Positions 19,310 to 28,250 of a stretch of DNA of 64,000 nt are shown piece by piece. The translations under genes were made by a program, and so were the position numbers. The stretch is from Gammaproteobacteria bacterium (lineage in GTDB: Bacteria > Pseudomonadota > Gammaproteobacteria > Steroidobacterales > JBFFHS01). Numbering within the stretch: position 1 is the stretch's first letter; each line of letters begins with the position of its first letter. Under the pieces are notes generated by a model. The model saw only the letters and a program-made list of their open reading frames with translations. It did not search any database and was not told the origin of the DNA. Location: assembly GCA_041556855.1 (NCBI GenBank), contig JBFFHS010000006.1, forward strand, positions 819-64,818, in the 5' to 3' direction.

Positions 19310-20029
19310 ATGAAATATGAGCAGCCGCTGATTCCGGCTACCCTGATCCGCCGCTATCAGCGCTTTCTGGCTGATGTGGCGTCAGCCCAGGGTGAAGCCT
19401 TCACCGTGCACTGTCCCAACACGGGCGCCATGCTGGGCTGTCAGGATCCTGGTTCCCGGGTCTGGCTGCTGCCCGCCACCAATCCGAGCTGCAAGTATCC
19501 CTACAGCTGGGAACTGGTCGAGGCTCTGCCTGACGTGTTGGTGGGCATCAACACGGGGCGCAGCAATCGGCTGGTGGCTGAAGCACTGGACGCCGGGCTG
19601 ATCGCGCCTCTGCGAGGCTATCGTCAGGTGCGCCGGGAGGTGACGGTCAGTCATGCCGGCATGAGGTCCCGGATGGACTTTCTGCTGTCCGGCCATCGCC
19701 GCCGCCCCGACTGTTATCTGGAGGTGAAGAACGTTACCGCTGCCGTGGACGGCGGTACCGCTGTGTTCCCCGACGCCGTCAGCACAAGGGCCAGCAAACA
19801 CCTGGAGGCCTTGATATCGCTCCGGGGGCATGGTTATCGGGCGGCCTTGGTGTTCTGCGTCCAGCGCGCCGACGTGCGCCGGGTGCGTCCGGCCGTCGAG
19901 ATCGATCCGGTTTACGCGCAGACGCTGGCTCGCGCCAAGGAGCAGGGCGTTGAGGTCTATGCCTATGGCGCCCAGGTGACGCCCCGCCGCGTGCAGCTTG
20001 CGGAACGCCTGCGTGTCCTGCGGGACTGA
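19310..20029 (+). CDS. sfsA: Sugar fermentation stimulation protein SfsA homolog
   Basis: RRYQRFLADVASAQGEAFTVHCPNTGAMLGC, YPYSWELVE, INTGRSNRLVAEAL. Confidence 0.93.
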   Translation: MKYEQPLIPATLIRRYQRFLADVASAQGEAFTVHCPNTGAMLGCQDPGSRVWLLPATNPSCKYPYSWELVEALPDVLVGINTGRSNRLVAEALDAGLIAPLRGYRQVRREVTVSHAGMRSRMDFLLSGHRRRPDCYLEVKNVTAAVDGGTAVFPDAVSTRASKHLEALISLRGHGYRAALVFCVQRADVRRVRPAVEIDPVYAQTLARAKEQGVEVYAYGAQVTPRRVQLAERLRVLRD

Positions 20030-20065
20030 CCGCGCCGACGAACCTGTTGTGCTTTAATCGCCCCC

Positions 20066-21295
20066 ATGTACCGACCGCTGGAATGGTTTATCGGCGTGCG
20101 CTATCTGCGCTCAGCTCGGGGCACCCTATATGTGTCCTTTATCAGTATGGCATCCATGCTCGGCATAGCCGTGGGCGTCGCCGCCCTGATTGTTATTCTT
20201 TCGGTGATGAACGGCTTCGAGGCGGAGCTGCGCAACCGGCTGCTGAGCATGACCGCCCATGCGAGCGTCACGGATGCCGGTGCGGAGGCCGATGGTTGGC
20301 GTGTCCGGCAGGGCGAGCTGGAAAAACAGCCGGGGGTGATCGGGAGTGCGCCTTATCTCGAGATCGAAGGGATGCTGGCCAACGGTCAGCGGCTCAATCC
20401 GGCCCGGGTAAGGGGTATCTTACCGGCTCATGAGGGCCGGGTGTCTCAGGTCGCGGACTTCATGCGTGAGGGCAGCCTGGAGGATCTGGTGGCCGGCCAG
20501 CGGCGGGTGATCCTGGGGCAGGTGTTGGCCTTGAACCTGGAGGTGCGGCCCGGTAGCCGAATTAACCTGCTGGTACCCCGCCTGAAAGACGGGCGGATCG
20601 CCCCCAAGCTGACCAGCTTTGTGGTGAGCGGTATTTTCGAGGCGGGGCTGGCGGATCATGACGGGTCGTTGGCTCTGATTCACCTGGATGACGCCCGGGC
20701 ATTATCCGTTGCTCCCGTTGGATTGCGACTGCGCTTGGTCGATCCGCTGGATACCGCCACGCTGGCGGCGAGCATTGCCGAGCAATTCCCAGAGTTGGAC
20801 TACTCCGACTGGACCATTGAGAACCGCAGCTACTTTCGCGCCATCCGCATTGAGAAGACCATGATGACCGTGATTCTGCTGTTGATCGTGGCGGTGGCGG
20901 CCTTCAATATCGTCGCCTCACTGATGATGGTGGTGACAGACAAGAAAACGGACATCGCCATCCTGCGGACATTGGGTCTTGAGCCGCGGCGGGTTGGGCG
21001 CCTGTTTGTCGTCCAGGGCAGTCTAATTGGCATCCTGGGCACCATGCTCGGGCTGTTGCTTGGGCTGGTGCTCACCATGAACTTGGCCGTCATTGTGCCC
21101 TGGTTGGAGCAGACCTTTCAGTTTCAGATTATGCCGGGCGACGTGTATTACGTGACCGAGATTCCGGCGGAGATCCACCTGGGTGACCTAATCGTGATAC
21201 CAAGTCTGGCGCTGCTGGTGAGTGTGCTGGCCACCGTCTACCCCTCCCGTCGCGCCGCGGCGGTCGCCCCGGCGGAGGCGCTGCGCTATGAGTGA
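20066..21295 (+). CDS. Lipoprotein-releasing ABC transporter permease, LolC/LolE family (copy 1)
   Basis: [55 protein letters not shown]; 4 TM MacB/FtsX-like topology. Confidence 0.9.
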   Translation: MYRPLEWFIGVRYLRSARGTLYVSFISMASMLGIAVGVAALIVILSVMNGFEAELRNRLLSMTAHASVTDAGAEADGWRVRQGELEKQPGVIGSAPYLEIEGMLANGQRLNPARVRGILPAHEGRVSQVADFMREGSLEDLVAGQRRVILGQVLALNLEVRPGSRINLLVPRLKDGRIAPKLTSFVVSGIFEAGLADHDGSLALIHLDDARALSVAPVGLRLRLVDPLDTATLAASIAEQFPELDYSDWTIENRSYFRAIRIEKTMMTVILLLIVAVAAFNIVASLMMVVTDKKTDIAILRTLGLEPRRVGRLFVVQGSLIGILGTMLGLLLGLVLTMNLAVIVPWLEQTFQFQIMPGDVYYVTEIPAEIHLGDLIVIPSLALLVSVLATVYPSRRAAAVAPAEALRYE

Positions 21296-21304
21296 CCCCA
21301 CGTA

Positions 21305-22552
21305 ATGATGAGTTTCTATCCTTTGGGGCTTGCGCTGCGTTACCTGGGCGGGCAGCGCGGCAACGGCTTCATTTCCTTCATTTCGCTGGTATCTACCATC
21401 GGGATCGGCCTTGGCGTCGCGGTGCTGATCGTGGTGTTGTCGGTCATGAATGGCTTTGAGGAGGAGCTGAAAACGCGCATTCTCAGCGTCAGCGCCCACG
21501 CGACCGTAACTGGCTACACGCGGAACCTGGATGACTGGCCCACCCTGCGCCAGGTGGCTCTGGAGACGCCCGGGGTGCTGGCCGGGGCGCCCTATATCGA
21601 GGCCCAGGGCCTGCTGGTGGCGGGTGAGCGGCAGGCTGGGGTTGCGTTTCGCGGCATCGATCCGACCCTGGAGAGAGATGTGTCGGGGCTGCACGAGTTG
21701 CTCGAGTCGGGATCCATGGCCGATCTCAAGGCTGGTCAATACGGCATGTTATTGGGCATTAGTCTGGCGGAGCATCTGGGGGTCGGGCCGGGCGACAGCG
21801 TCGTGTTGGTGGTGCCGAAGGGTACGGTCACCCCCGCTGGGCTTGCGCCTCGCATGCGCCGATTTCGCGTGTCGGGCATCTTTCGGGCTGGTATGTACGA
21901 GTTCGACAGAGGCTTGGCCCTGATCGCGCTTGCCGATGCGGGCCGCCTGTTGCGCTCGGGGGATGAGGTGACGGGTCTGCGCCTGTCGGTGGCAGACGTC
22001 TTTGCCGCAGGTAGCGTGGCGCGCGATGTGGCTTTGCGCGCCGGCGGCGGGTTCTATGTCAGTGATTGGACCCGCCGCCACGTCAACTTCTTCCGCTCTA
22101 TCCAACTCACCAAGACCATCATGTTTGTGATCCTGCTGCTGATCATCGGGGTTGCAGCTTTCAACATCATTTCAACCCTGGTGATGGTTGTTCGCGACAA
22201 GCGCGCCGATATCGCTATCCTGCGCACCATGGGCGCCAAACCGAACAGTATCCTGCTGGCATTCGCCATGCAGGGAACCTTGATCGGCGTAGCCGGCACC
22301 CTGCTGGGCGTCGGTTTGGGGGTATTGCTGGCAGTCCAGTTGGGGAGCATCGTTGCCGGACTGGAACGGTTCCTTGCCATCGATCTATTGGCCGCCGACG
22401 TCTACTTCATCAGCGACCTGCCGACCCGCGTAGACCTGGCCGAAGTCGCGCAGATCGCGCTGCTGGCTCTGCTGTTGTCGGTGCTGGCTACGATTTATCC
22501 GGCGCTTCGGGCTGCCCACGTCGATCCGGCCGACGAGTTGCGCCATGAATAG
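21305..22552 (+). CDS. Lipoprotein-releasing ABC transporter permease, LolC/LolE family (copy 2)
   Basis: [64 protein letters not shown]. Confidence 0.9.
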   Translation: MMSFYPLGLALRYLGGQRGNGFISFISLVSTIGIGLGVAVLIVVLSVMNGFEEELKTRILSVSAHATVTGYTRNLDDWPTLRQVALETPGVLAGAPYIEAQGLLVAGERQAGVAFRGIDPTLERDVSGLHELLESGSMADLKAGQYGMLLGISLAEHLGVGPGDSVVLVVPKGTVTPAGLAPRMRRFRVSGIFRAGMYEFDRGLALIALADAGRLLRSGDEVTGLRLSVADVFAAGSVARDVALRAGGGFYVSDWTRRHVNFFRSIQLTKTIMFVILLLIIGVAAFNIISTLVMVVRDKRADIAILRTMGAKPNSILLAFAMQGTLIGVAGTLLGVGLGVLLAVQLGSIVAGLERFLAIDLLAADVYFISDLPTRVDLAEVAQIALLALLLSVLATIYPALRAAHVDPADELRHE

Positions 22553-23288
22553 TGTGACGGGGCAGGAGGCGGTCTTGGCGTGCCACGAATTGTGCCGATC
22601 ATTCAGGGAGGCTGGGCACGAGTTGCACGTACTCCGGGATGTGGAGCTCAGCGTCGCCGCCGGCGAACGCATCGCTGTGGTGGGCGCGTCCGGCTCCGGT
22701 AAGACCACACTGCTGCAGCTTTTGGGCGGCCTTGATCGACCGACGGCTGGCGAAGTCTTCGTGACCGGTCAGTCCATGAATAGCCTCAACAATACCGAGC
22801 GGGGTCTGTTGCGCAATCGCGCTATTGGCTTTGTGTATCAATTCCATCATCTGTTGCCCGAGTTCACCGCCGTAGAGAATGTAGCCATGCCGTTGTTGAT
22901 TCGCGGTGCGGATCCCCGAGACGCCGCGTCTGAGGCCCGTGAGCTGCTCACCCGCGTGGGCCTTGGCGAACGATTGAGCCACAAGCCGGCCCAGTTATCT
23001 GGAGGTGAACGGCAGCGGGCTGCGGTCGCCAGGGCCTTGATCACGCGCCCCGCCGTGGTGCTTGCTGATGAGCCCACAGGCAATCTGGACGGACCCACGG
23101 GCGAGCGCGTGTTTCAGCTGATGCTGGATCTGAACCGTCAGTTTGCTACCAGCCTGGTCGTGGTTACCCACGAGCCGAAGCTGGCAGCACGCATGGATCG
23201 CGTGCTGGTTCTCAAGGAGGGTAAGCTGTGGAAGCTGGACCCCAGCGCGCTCAGCGACCCTGTCGGCGCTGTCGGTACTTCAGCGTGA
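22545..23288 (+). CDS. lolD: Lipoprotein-releasing ABC transporter ATP-binding protein LolD
   Basis: [50 protein letters not shown]. Confidence 0.94.
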   Translation: MNSVTGQEAVLACHELCRSFREAGHELHVLRDVELSVAAGERIAVVGASGSGKTTLLQLLGGLDRPTAGEVFVTGQSMNSLNNTERGLLRNRAIGFVYQFHHLLPEFTAVENVAMPLLIRGADPRDAASEARELLTRVGLGERLSHKPAQLSGGERQRAAVARALITRPAVVLADEPTGNLDGPTGERVFQLMLDLNRQFATSLVVVTHEPKLAARMDRVLVLKEGKLWKLDPSALSDPVGAVGTSA

Positions 23289-23763
23289 TCGCGGCGCGCC
23301 AGGCCAGATTGGCGAACAAATAGCCCACCGCCGCGGTTAAGGCCCCGAGCAACAGGCTGCCCGCCCACAGCGGTTGCCAGTAGCGTGTCAGCTCCGCCAT
23401 CAGCCAGCCGAAGGACAGATCGATGGTAAGCGGCTGCGGCTCGATCCCCAGCAGCCCAGCACCCAGCCGATAGGCGGTGACAAAGATGGGCACGATGGTG
23501 ATCGGATTGGTGAGGAAGACCGCCGCCACCGTCACGGGCAGGTTCACTCTGAGCCAGACAGCGGCCAGAGCGGCCAGTACGGTCTGGCCAGGCACCGGCA
23601 GCAGGGCGATGAACAGGCCCAGGGCCAGGGCCTTGGCGATGCCCTTGCGATGTAGCGCCCAAAAGGCGGGGTCGTGAAGAACTGCGGCCAGCGGGCGCAG
23701 ATACCATTCCCCGGACATCTGATGCCGCTGTGGCAGAAGCTTGCGCAAGAGCTTACGAGGCAT
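23251..23763 (-). CDS. DUF2062 membrane protein
   Basis: [58 protein letters not shown]. Confidence 0.85.
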   Translation of the reverse strand: MPRKLLRKLLPQRHQMSGEWYLRPLAAVLHDPAFWALHRKGIAKALALGLFIALLPVPGQTVLAALAAVWLRVNLPVTVAAVFLTNPITIVPIFVTAYRLGAGLLGIEPQPLTIDLSFGWLMAELTRYWQPLWAGSLLLGALTAAVGYLFANLAWRAAITLKYRQRRQGR

Positions 23764-23999
23764 ACCGGGTATGGTGTCCGGGATGTACTGGGGCTTGAGT
23801 GAGCAGCCTTGCGACGGCTTGCTCGTTGGTCGGCAACATTGCACAAATGGCGTGATCTGACATGGCGTAATTGATGACACAGATCTCAGCAGAAGGCGCG
23901 GGATGGGCGCACACTTTGAGCACTAGGTCGTGTCCCCGCTGCCCGCGCTAAACGGGCGTGGGAAACGAGTTCCGGCCGGGCGCCGGCGGAGGCAGAAGC

Positions 24000-24413
24000 A
24001 TGGATAACCAGCCACTTACGACAATTATGGCGGCGGACCCGGTGACCGTGGATCGGGGCCAGACGGTCAGCGAAGTCCGGTTTTTGCTGGCCAATGAGCG
24101 CATTCATCATTTGCCCGTGATCGAGGAGGGTCGGCTGGTGGGCATGATCAGCAGTAACGACGTGATGAGGGTCAGCTTCTCGTTGGACACGGACGATGCC
24201 GTGAGCCGCACATTGCTGGATCAGACGGTATCCATCGATGATCTGATGGTCGCCGATCTGGTCACGGTGTCGGCCCGCGGCAGCGTTCGGGATGCCGCCA
24301 TCGCGCTGTCCGCCGGTGGCTTCCATGCGGTCCCGGTCGTAGACGATGAGGGTCATCTGGTCGGTATCGTCACGTCCACCGATTTGATCCAGTATCTGCT
24401 GGATCAGCACTGA
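24000..24413 (+). CDS. Two-CBS-domain protein
   Basis: TTIMAADPVTVDRGQTVSEVRFLLANERIHHLPVIEEGRLVGMISSNDV ... HAVPVVDDEGHLVGIVTSTDLIQYLL; likely start ATG 24000. Confidence 0.88.
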   Translation: MDNQPLTTIMAADPVTVDRGQTVSEVRFLLANERIHHLPVIEEGRLVGMISSNDVMRVSFSLDTDDAVSRTLLDQTVSIDDLMVADLVTVSARGSVRDAAIALSAGGFHAVPVVDDEGHLVGIVTSTDLIQYLLDQH

Positions 24414-24438
24414 TCTGCACATTTCGCAAGAGGTTGTG

Positions 24439-24729
24439 ATGTCTGAGGATGCACCGAACAAACCGTCCCAGGAGGAACTCGCCCACGCTTTGAGCGTCGC
24501 AGTGTCCATGCGCGCCCAGGGACAGGATGCGGATTTCCTCGCCCATGCCCTGCTGTACTGCGAGTACCAATTGCGGGTGCTGGGAAAGGTACGCCGCGCC
24601 GCCGAGCGTTATTTGCATTCAGGCCTTGCCGAGCACGAGCACAGCGACCTGGTGCGCGCGTTGGCGGCGGCCCGCAAGGCTGATACGGCCACGAGTCACC
24701 AGGCGCCGGAACGCTTCGGTCTGGAGTGA
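24439..24729 (+). CDS. Small hypothetical helical protein
   Basis: MSEDAPNKPSQEELAHALSVAVSMRAQGQDADFLAHALLYCEYQLRVLGKVRRAAERYLHSGLAEHEHSDLVRALAAARKADT; collinear and closely spaced in an operon-like array. Confidence 0.6.
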   Translation: MSEDAPNKPSQEELAHALSVAVSMRAQGQDADFLAHALLYCEYQLRVLGKVRRAAERYLHSGLAEHEHSDLVRALAAARKADTATSHQAPERFGLE

Positions 24730-24789
24730 GCCCTATCACCTTATTCTCCCGGGACCGTGACCTTATGGGTACCCGGGAGTCGACCTGGC

Positions 24790-27066
24790 ATGCTGAAGCT
24801 CGCAGTGAGTGCCCTGGCGGGTGTCCTGGTTCTGCAGCAGCTCCCGACGCTGCCTCGACCCGGATGGGTGGTCCCGCTGCTGATTCTCACGCTGCCCCTG
24901 CGGTGCCGCTGGGCGCGGCAGTGGCTGCTGCCGGGTCTGGCAGGCTTCGCCTGGGCCTGGTGGGTCGCGGTCCAGGGTCTAGCTGCGCGGTTACCTGATC
25001 ATCTTCACGGGCAGGATGTCAGGCTCACAGGCTATGTCGCCAGCTTCGTCAGCGGCAACGAGGCGCGCCTGAGCTTTACTTTTCAGCTTCATGGTGACTA
25101 CCCGGTCACCGACATGCCCAGGCGCTGGCGCCTCACTTGGTATCGGCCGACCCACCAGTTGGCGCCGGGACAGAACCTTGCCGTTACCGTGCGGGCGCGG
25201 CAGGCGCGTACCCTGGGTAACCCGGTCAGCTTCGACTACCAGGGTTGGCTTCTGCGGGAGGGTCTGTCTGGTACCGGATATGTGCGGGAACTGACGCCTA
25301 TCAGCCGTGCTCAAGCCAGTCTGCCCCAATGGTGGCTGCGGCAGCGGGCAGCACTTTATGGGCGTCTGCAATCCGTCGCAGGGGAGCAAGCCCCGATACT
25401 CGGAGCGCTGGCCGTGGGGGCACGGCATGAGTTCACGAATCACCACTGGGGGGTGCTGCAACGCACTGGCACCAGTCATCTTGTGGCCATCTCCGGGTTA
25501 CACGTGGGCCTCGTCGCACTGGGGAGTTTTGGCCTGCTGCGCGCCGGGCTGCTGCGGGTACCCTGGTTGTCCGTCGGCCTGCGGGCGACCGACCTGGCTG
25601 CCGGAGCGAGTCTTGCAGTGGCCGCTTGCTATTCGGCGCTGGCAGGCTTCGGTATCCCTGCCCAGCGCGCGCTGGTCATGGTGCTGGTTGCAGCGCTGGC
25701 GTTGCTGGCCCGGCGCAGGCCCGAATCTGGCGAGGCTCTGGGCCTTGCCCTTCTAGTCGTGTTACTCCTGGATCCGCGGGCTGTGCTCAGTGCAGGCTTC
25801 TGGCTGTCATTTGGCGCGGTGGCAACGTTGTGGCTTGCTTTCAATGCCCAGCGGCTGGCGGCTCCGACCGATCAGCAGCCGGGCCCTTGGATCGTGACTC
25901 TTGTGCGCACCCAGTGGGTCATCGCATTGGGACTCATGCCCGCGCTGGTGCTGTTTTTCGGCGAGCTGGCGTTGCTGGCACCGCTGATCAATCTGCTTGC
26001 GGTACCCTGGTTCAGCTTCGTGTTGGTGCCGGCCAGCTTGGGTCTGGTTGTGCTGGTAACCCTGCTGCCCGATCTGGCTGGCCTGCCGGGCGCAGGCATG
26101 GACGGTTTACTGGCGGGGACCTGGGCGGTGCTGGCAACGCTGGCCGAAGTGCCGTGGGCCAACGTCGCCGTGCCGTCAAGACCGTGGCCACTGCTGGGCC
26201 TCGCGGTGGCCGGTATCGCCGCGTTCTTGTTGGGTCGAGGGTTCGCGGGGCGGGGCCTGTACCTGCTGCTGCTGGGGCCGCTGGTGACATGGCGAGCGCC
26301 CGCCCTGCAGTTCGGTCAGATGCGCTTGACGGTGCTGGATGTGGGCCAGGGGCTGGCAGCCCTGGTGGAAACCCGTGACCACGTGCTGGTGTACGACGCC
26401 GGTCCTGCCATGGCTGGCGGTTATGACGCGGGTGCCAGCATCGTCGTGCCAACATTGCGGGCTCGTGGCTGGCGCAGGCTTGACGCGCTGGTGATTGGTC
26501 ACGGCGATCAAGACCACAGCGGTGGTGCCGCCGCAGTGCTGGGCGCGTTTCCCGGATCAGCTGTTTGGATCGGTCCAGATGTGGATCTGCCCGGGCAGCG
26601 CTGTCGCTCAGGTCAGGGCTGGGTCTGGGATGGCGTTGCCTTCGCTTTTCTGCATCCGGCCGACACACGATTCCGGGATGATAACGATGGTTCGTGCGTA
26701 TTGCGCGTCGCAAGCGGTGGCCGAGCTGTGCTGCTGACCGGCGATATCGAGCGCGCTGCTGAAGCGACGTTGCTGGCCCGCGGGGTTCCCCTCAGCGCCG
26801 ACGTGGTCGTCGTTCCCCACCACGGCAGTGCCACATCCTCGACAGCGAGCTTCGTGGCTGCGGTTCGGCCAACCTTCGCGGTCGTGCCCGCCGGTTTCCG
26901 CAACCGCTGGGGAATGCCTCGTCGAGAGGTCGTTGAGCGCTGGCAGGCTAGCGGCAGTGAGGTTTTAGTCACTGGTCAGGTGGGCAGCGTCGGCGTGCTG
27001 TTAGGACCAGCTGGAGTCCGCCTTGAGCGCGTGGGACGACGCCGGAGGTATTGGCACGCACTGTAG
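24790..27066 (+). CDS. comEC: DNA internalization-related competence protein ComEC/Rec2
   Basis: GARHEFTNHHWGVLQRTGTSHLVAISGLHVGLVA, C-terminal metallo-beta-lactamase-like domain VLDVGQGLAALVETRDHVLVYDAGP..IGHGDQDHSGG. Confidence 0.93.
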   Translation: MLKLAVSALAGVLVLQQLPTLPRPGWVVPLLILTLPLRCRWARQWLLPGLAGFAWAWWVAVQGLAARLPDHLHGQDVRLTGYVASFVSGNEARLSFTFQLHGDYPVTDMPRRWRLTWYRPTHQLAPGQNLAVTVRARQARTLGNPVSFDYQGWLLREGLSGTGYVRELTPISRAQASLPQWWLRQRAALYGRLQSVAGEQAPILGALAVGARHEFTNHHWGVLQRTGTSHLVAISGLHVGLVALGSFGLLRAGLLRVPWLSVGLRATDLAAGASLAVAACYSALAGFGIPAQRALVMVLVAALALLARRRPESGEALGLALLVVLLLDPRAVLSAGFWLSFGAVATLWLAFNAQRLAAPTDQQPGPWIVTLVRTQWVIALGLMPALVLFFGELALLAPLINLLAVPWFSFVLVPASLGLVVLVTLLPDLAGLPGAGMDGLLAGTWAVLATLAEVPWANVAVPSRPWPLLGLAVAGIAAFLLGRGFAGRGLYLLLLGPLVTWRAPALQFGQMRLTVLDVGQGLAALVETRDHVLVYDAGPAMAGGYDAGASIVVPTLRARGWRRLDALVIGHGDQDHSGGAAAVLGAFPGSAVWIGPDVDLPGQRCRSGQGWVWDGVAFAFLHPADTRFRDDNDGSCVLRVASGGRAVLLTGDIERAAEATLLARGVPLSADVVVVPHHGSATSSTASFVAAVRPTFAVVPAGFRNRWGMPRREVVERWQASGSEVLVTGQVGSVGVLLGPAGVRLERVGRRRRYWHAL

Positions 27067-27140
27067 ATCAAACCTTCTGGTTAAACTTCCAGGGGCGCGC
27101 TATAGTTGCGCCCAACTGTCGGAAGTTACAGCGGTTTTTT

Positions 27141-27797
27141 ATGCTGGAGATCGTTCAAGCGGGCGGCTGGCTGATGCTGCCGATCATCGCCTGCTCGGTG
27201 TGCGCAGCGGCGATCATTCTCGAGCGTCTCTGGAGCCTGCAGCAGAAAAGGGTGATCCCGGCCGACTTGACCCGCCAAGTGTGGGACTGGGTCAAGAAAG
27301 ATCAGCTTAACCCCAAACATATCCACTCTATTCACCAGGGCTCCCCCCTGGGGCAGATCCTTGCGGTCGGGCTGAATAATCGCGATCGCGATCGCGACAC
27401 CATGAAGGAGAGTATCGAGGATACGGGGCGCCACGTGGTCCACGAATTGGAACGCTATTTGAATACTCTGGGCACCATCGCCGCAATTTCGCCTCTGCTT
27501 GGGCTGCTCGGAACGGTGATCGGCATGGTGCAGGTCTTCGCCGCGATCACTACCCACGGCGTAGGTAATCCCGCGGTGCTGGCCGACGGCATCTCCCAGG
27601 CCCTGATAACGACCGCAGCCGGTCTGAGCGTGGCCATCCCGGCGCTGATCGGCTATCGCTATCTGCGTGGCCGCGTCGACGCGCTGGTGGTCGAAATGGA
27701 AAAGGAGGTTTTGCAGTTCATCGAGGCCCTGACCCATCATCGGTACCTGGAAAGCCTGGAACGTGAACCTGCAAACGCGGTCAAGAGAAGAGCCTGA
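27141..27797 (+). CDS. exbB: ExbB/TolQ/MotA family proton channel
   Basis: MLEIVQAGGWLMLPIIACSVCAAAIILERLWSLQQKR; GLLGTVIGMVQVFAAI, TTAAGLSVAIPALIGYR. Confidence 0.9.
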   Translation: MLEIVQAGGWLMLPIIACSVCAAAIILERLWSLQQKRVIPADLTRQVWDWVKKDQLNPKHIHSIHQGSPLGQILAVGLNNRDRDRDTMKESIEDTGRHVVHELERYLNTLGTIAAISPLLGLLGTVIGMVQVFAAITTHGVGNPAVLADGISQALITTAAGLSVAIPALIGYRYLRGRVDALVVEMEKEVLQFIEALTHHRYLESLEREPANAVKRRA

Positions 27798-28185
27798 AAT
27801 CAACCTGACGTCGCTGATCGACGTCGTGTTGCTGCTGCTGGTCTTTTTCATGGTCTCGACCAGCTTCGTTCGCGAAGCGGAAATCAATCTGCGCTTGCCC
27901 GAGGCCTCGTCTGACGCGTCACCACAGGACGAGTTGGAATCATTGGAAATCGCGGTGACCCAGACGGGTGCCTATCTGGTGAATACTCGACCGCTGGTCA
28001 ACAACGAAGCCGCGACGCTGCGCAAGGCGATCGTTAAGCTGGTTGGCGAGCAGCGGGACATGCCGGTGATTATTCGCGCGGATGCTCAGGCGACCCACCA
28101 GGCCGTGGTTACGGCCATGGACGTCGCTGGGCGGTTGGGCTTTGTTGAGGTCAGTATTGCTACCGTTAGTCCGCCGGACGGCTAG
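27763..28185 (+). CDS. exbD: ExbD/TolR family protein
   Basis: EEPEINLTSLIDVVLLLLVFFMVSTSFVREAEINLRLPEASS; overlaps exbB by 35 nt. Confidence 0.9.
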   Translation: MNLQTRSREEPEINLTSLIDVVLLLLVFFMVSTSFVREAEINLRLPEASSDASPQDELESLEIAVTQTGAYLVNTRPLVNNEAATLRKAIVKLVGEQRDMPVIIRADAQATHQAVVTAMDVAGRLGFVEVSIATVSPPDG

Positions 28186-28250
28186 CGGCCCAGCCACCCG
28201 AGCCATGCTGCACTCACCAGCGTGACGAGACGCCGAAACGGGAACGGTTC

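Noticed and set aside
23764-23999. Divergent DUF2062/CBS intergenic region examined for promoter or small RNA
   Set aside because: No convincing -35/-10 pair or stable terminator was found by eye; left unannotated.
27381-27397. CGCGATCGCGATCGCGA, resembling a HIP1-like octamer repeat
   Set aside because: Isolated and inside exbB, encoding NRDRDRD; explained by codon content rather than a repeat family.
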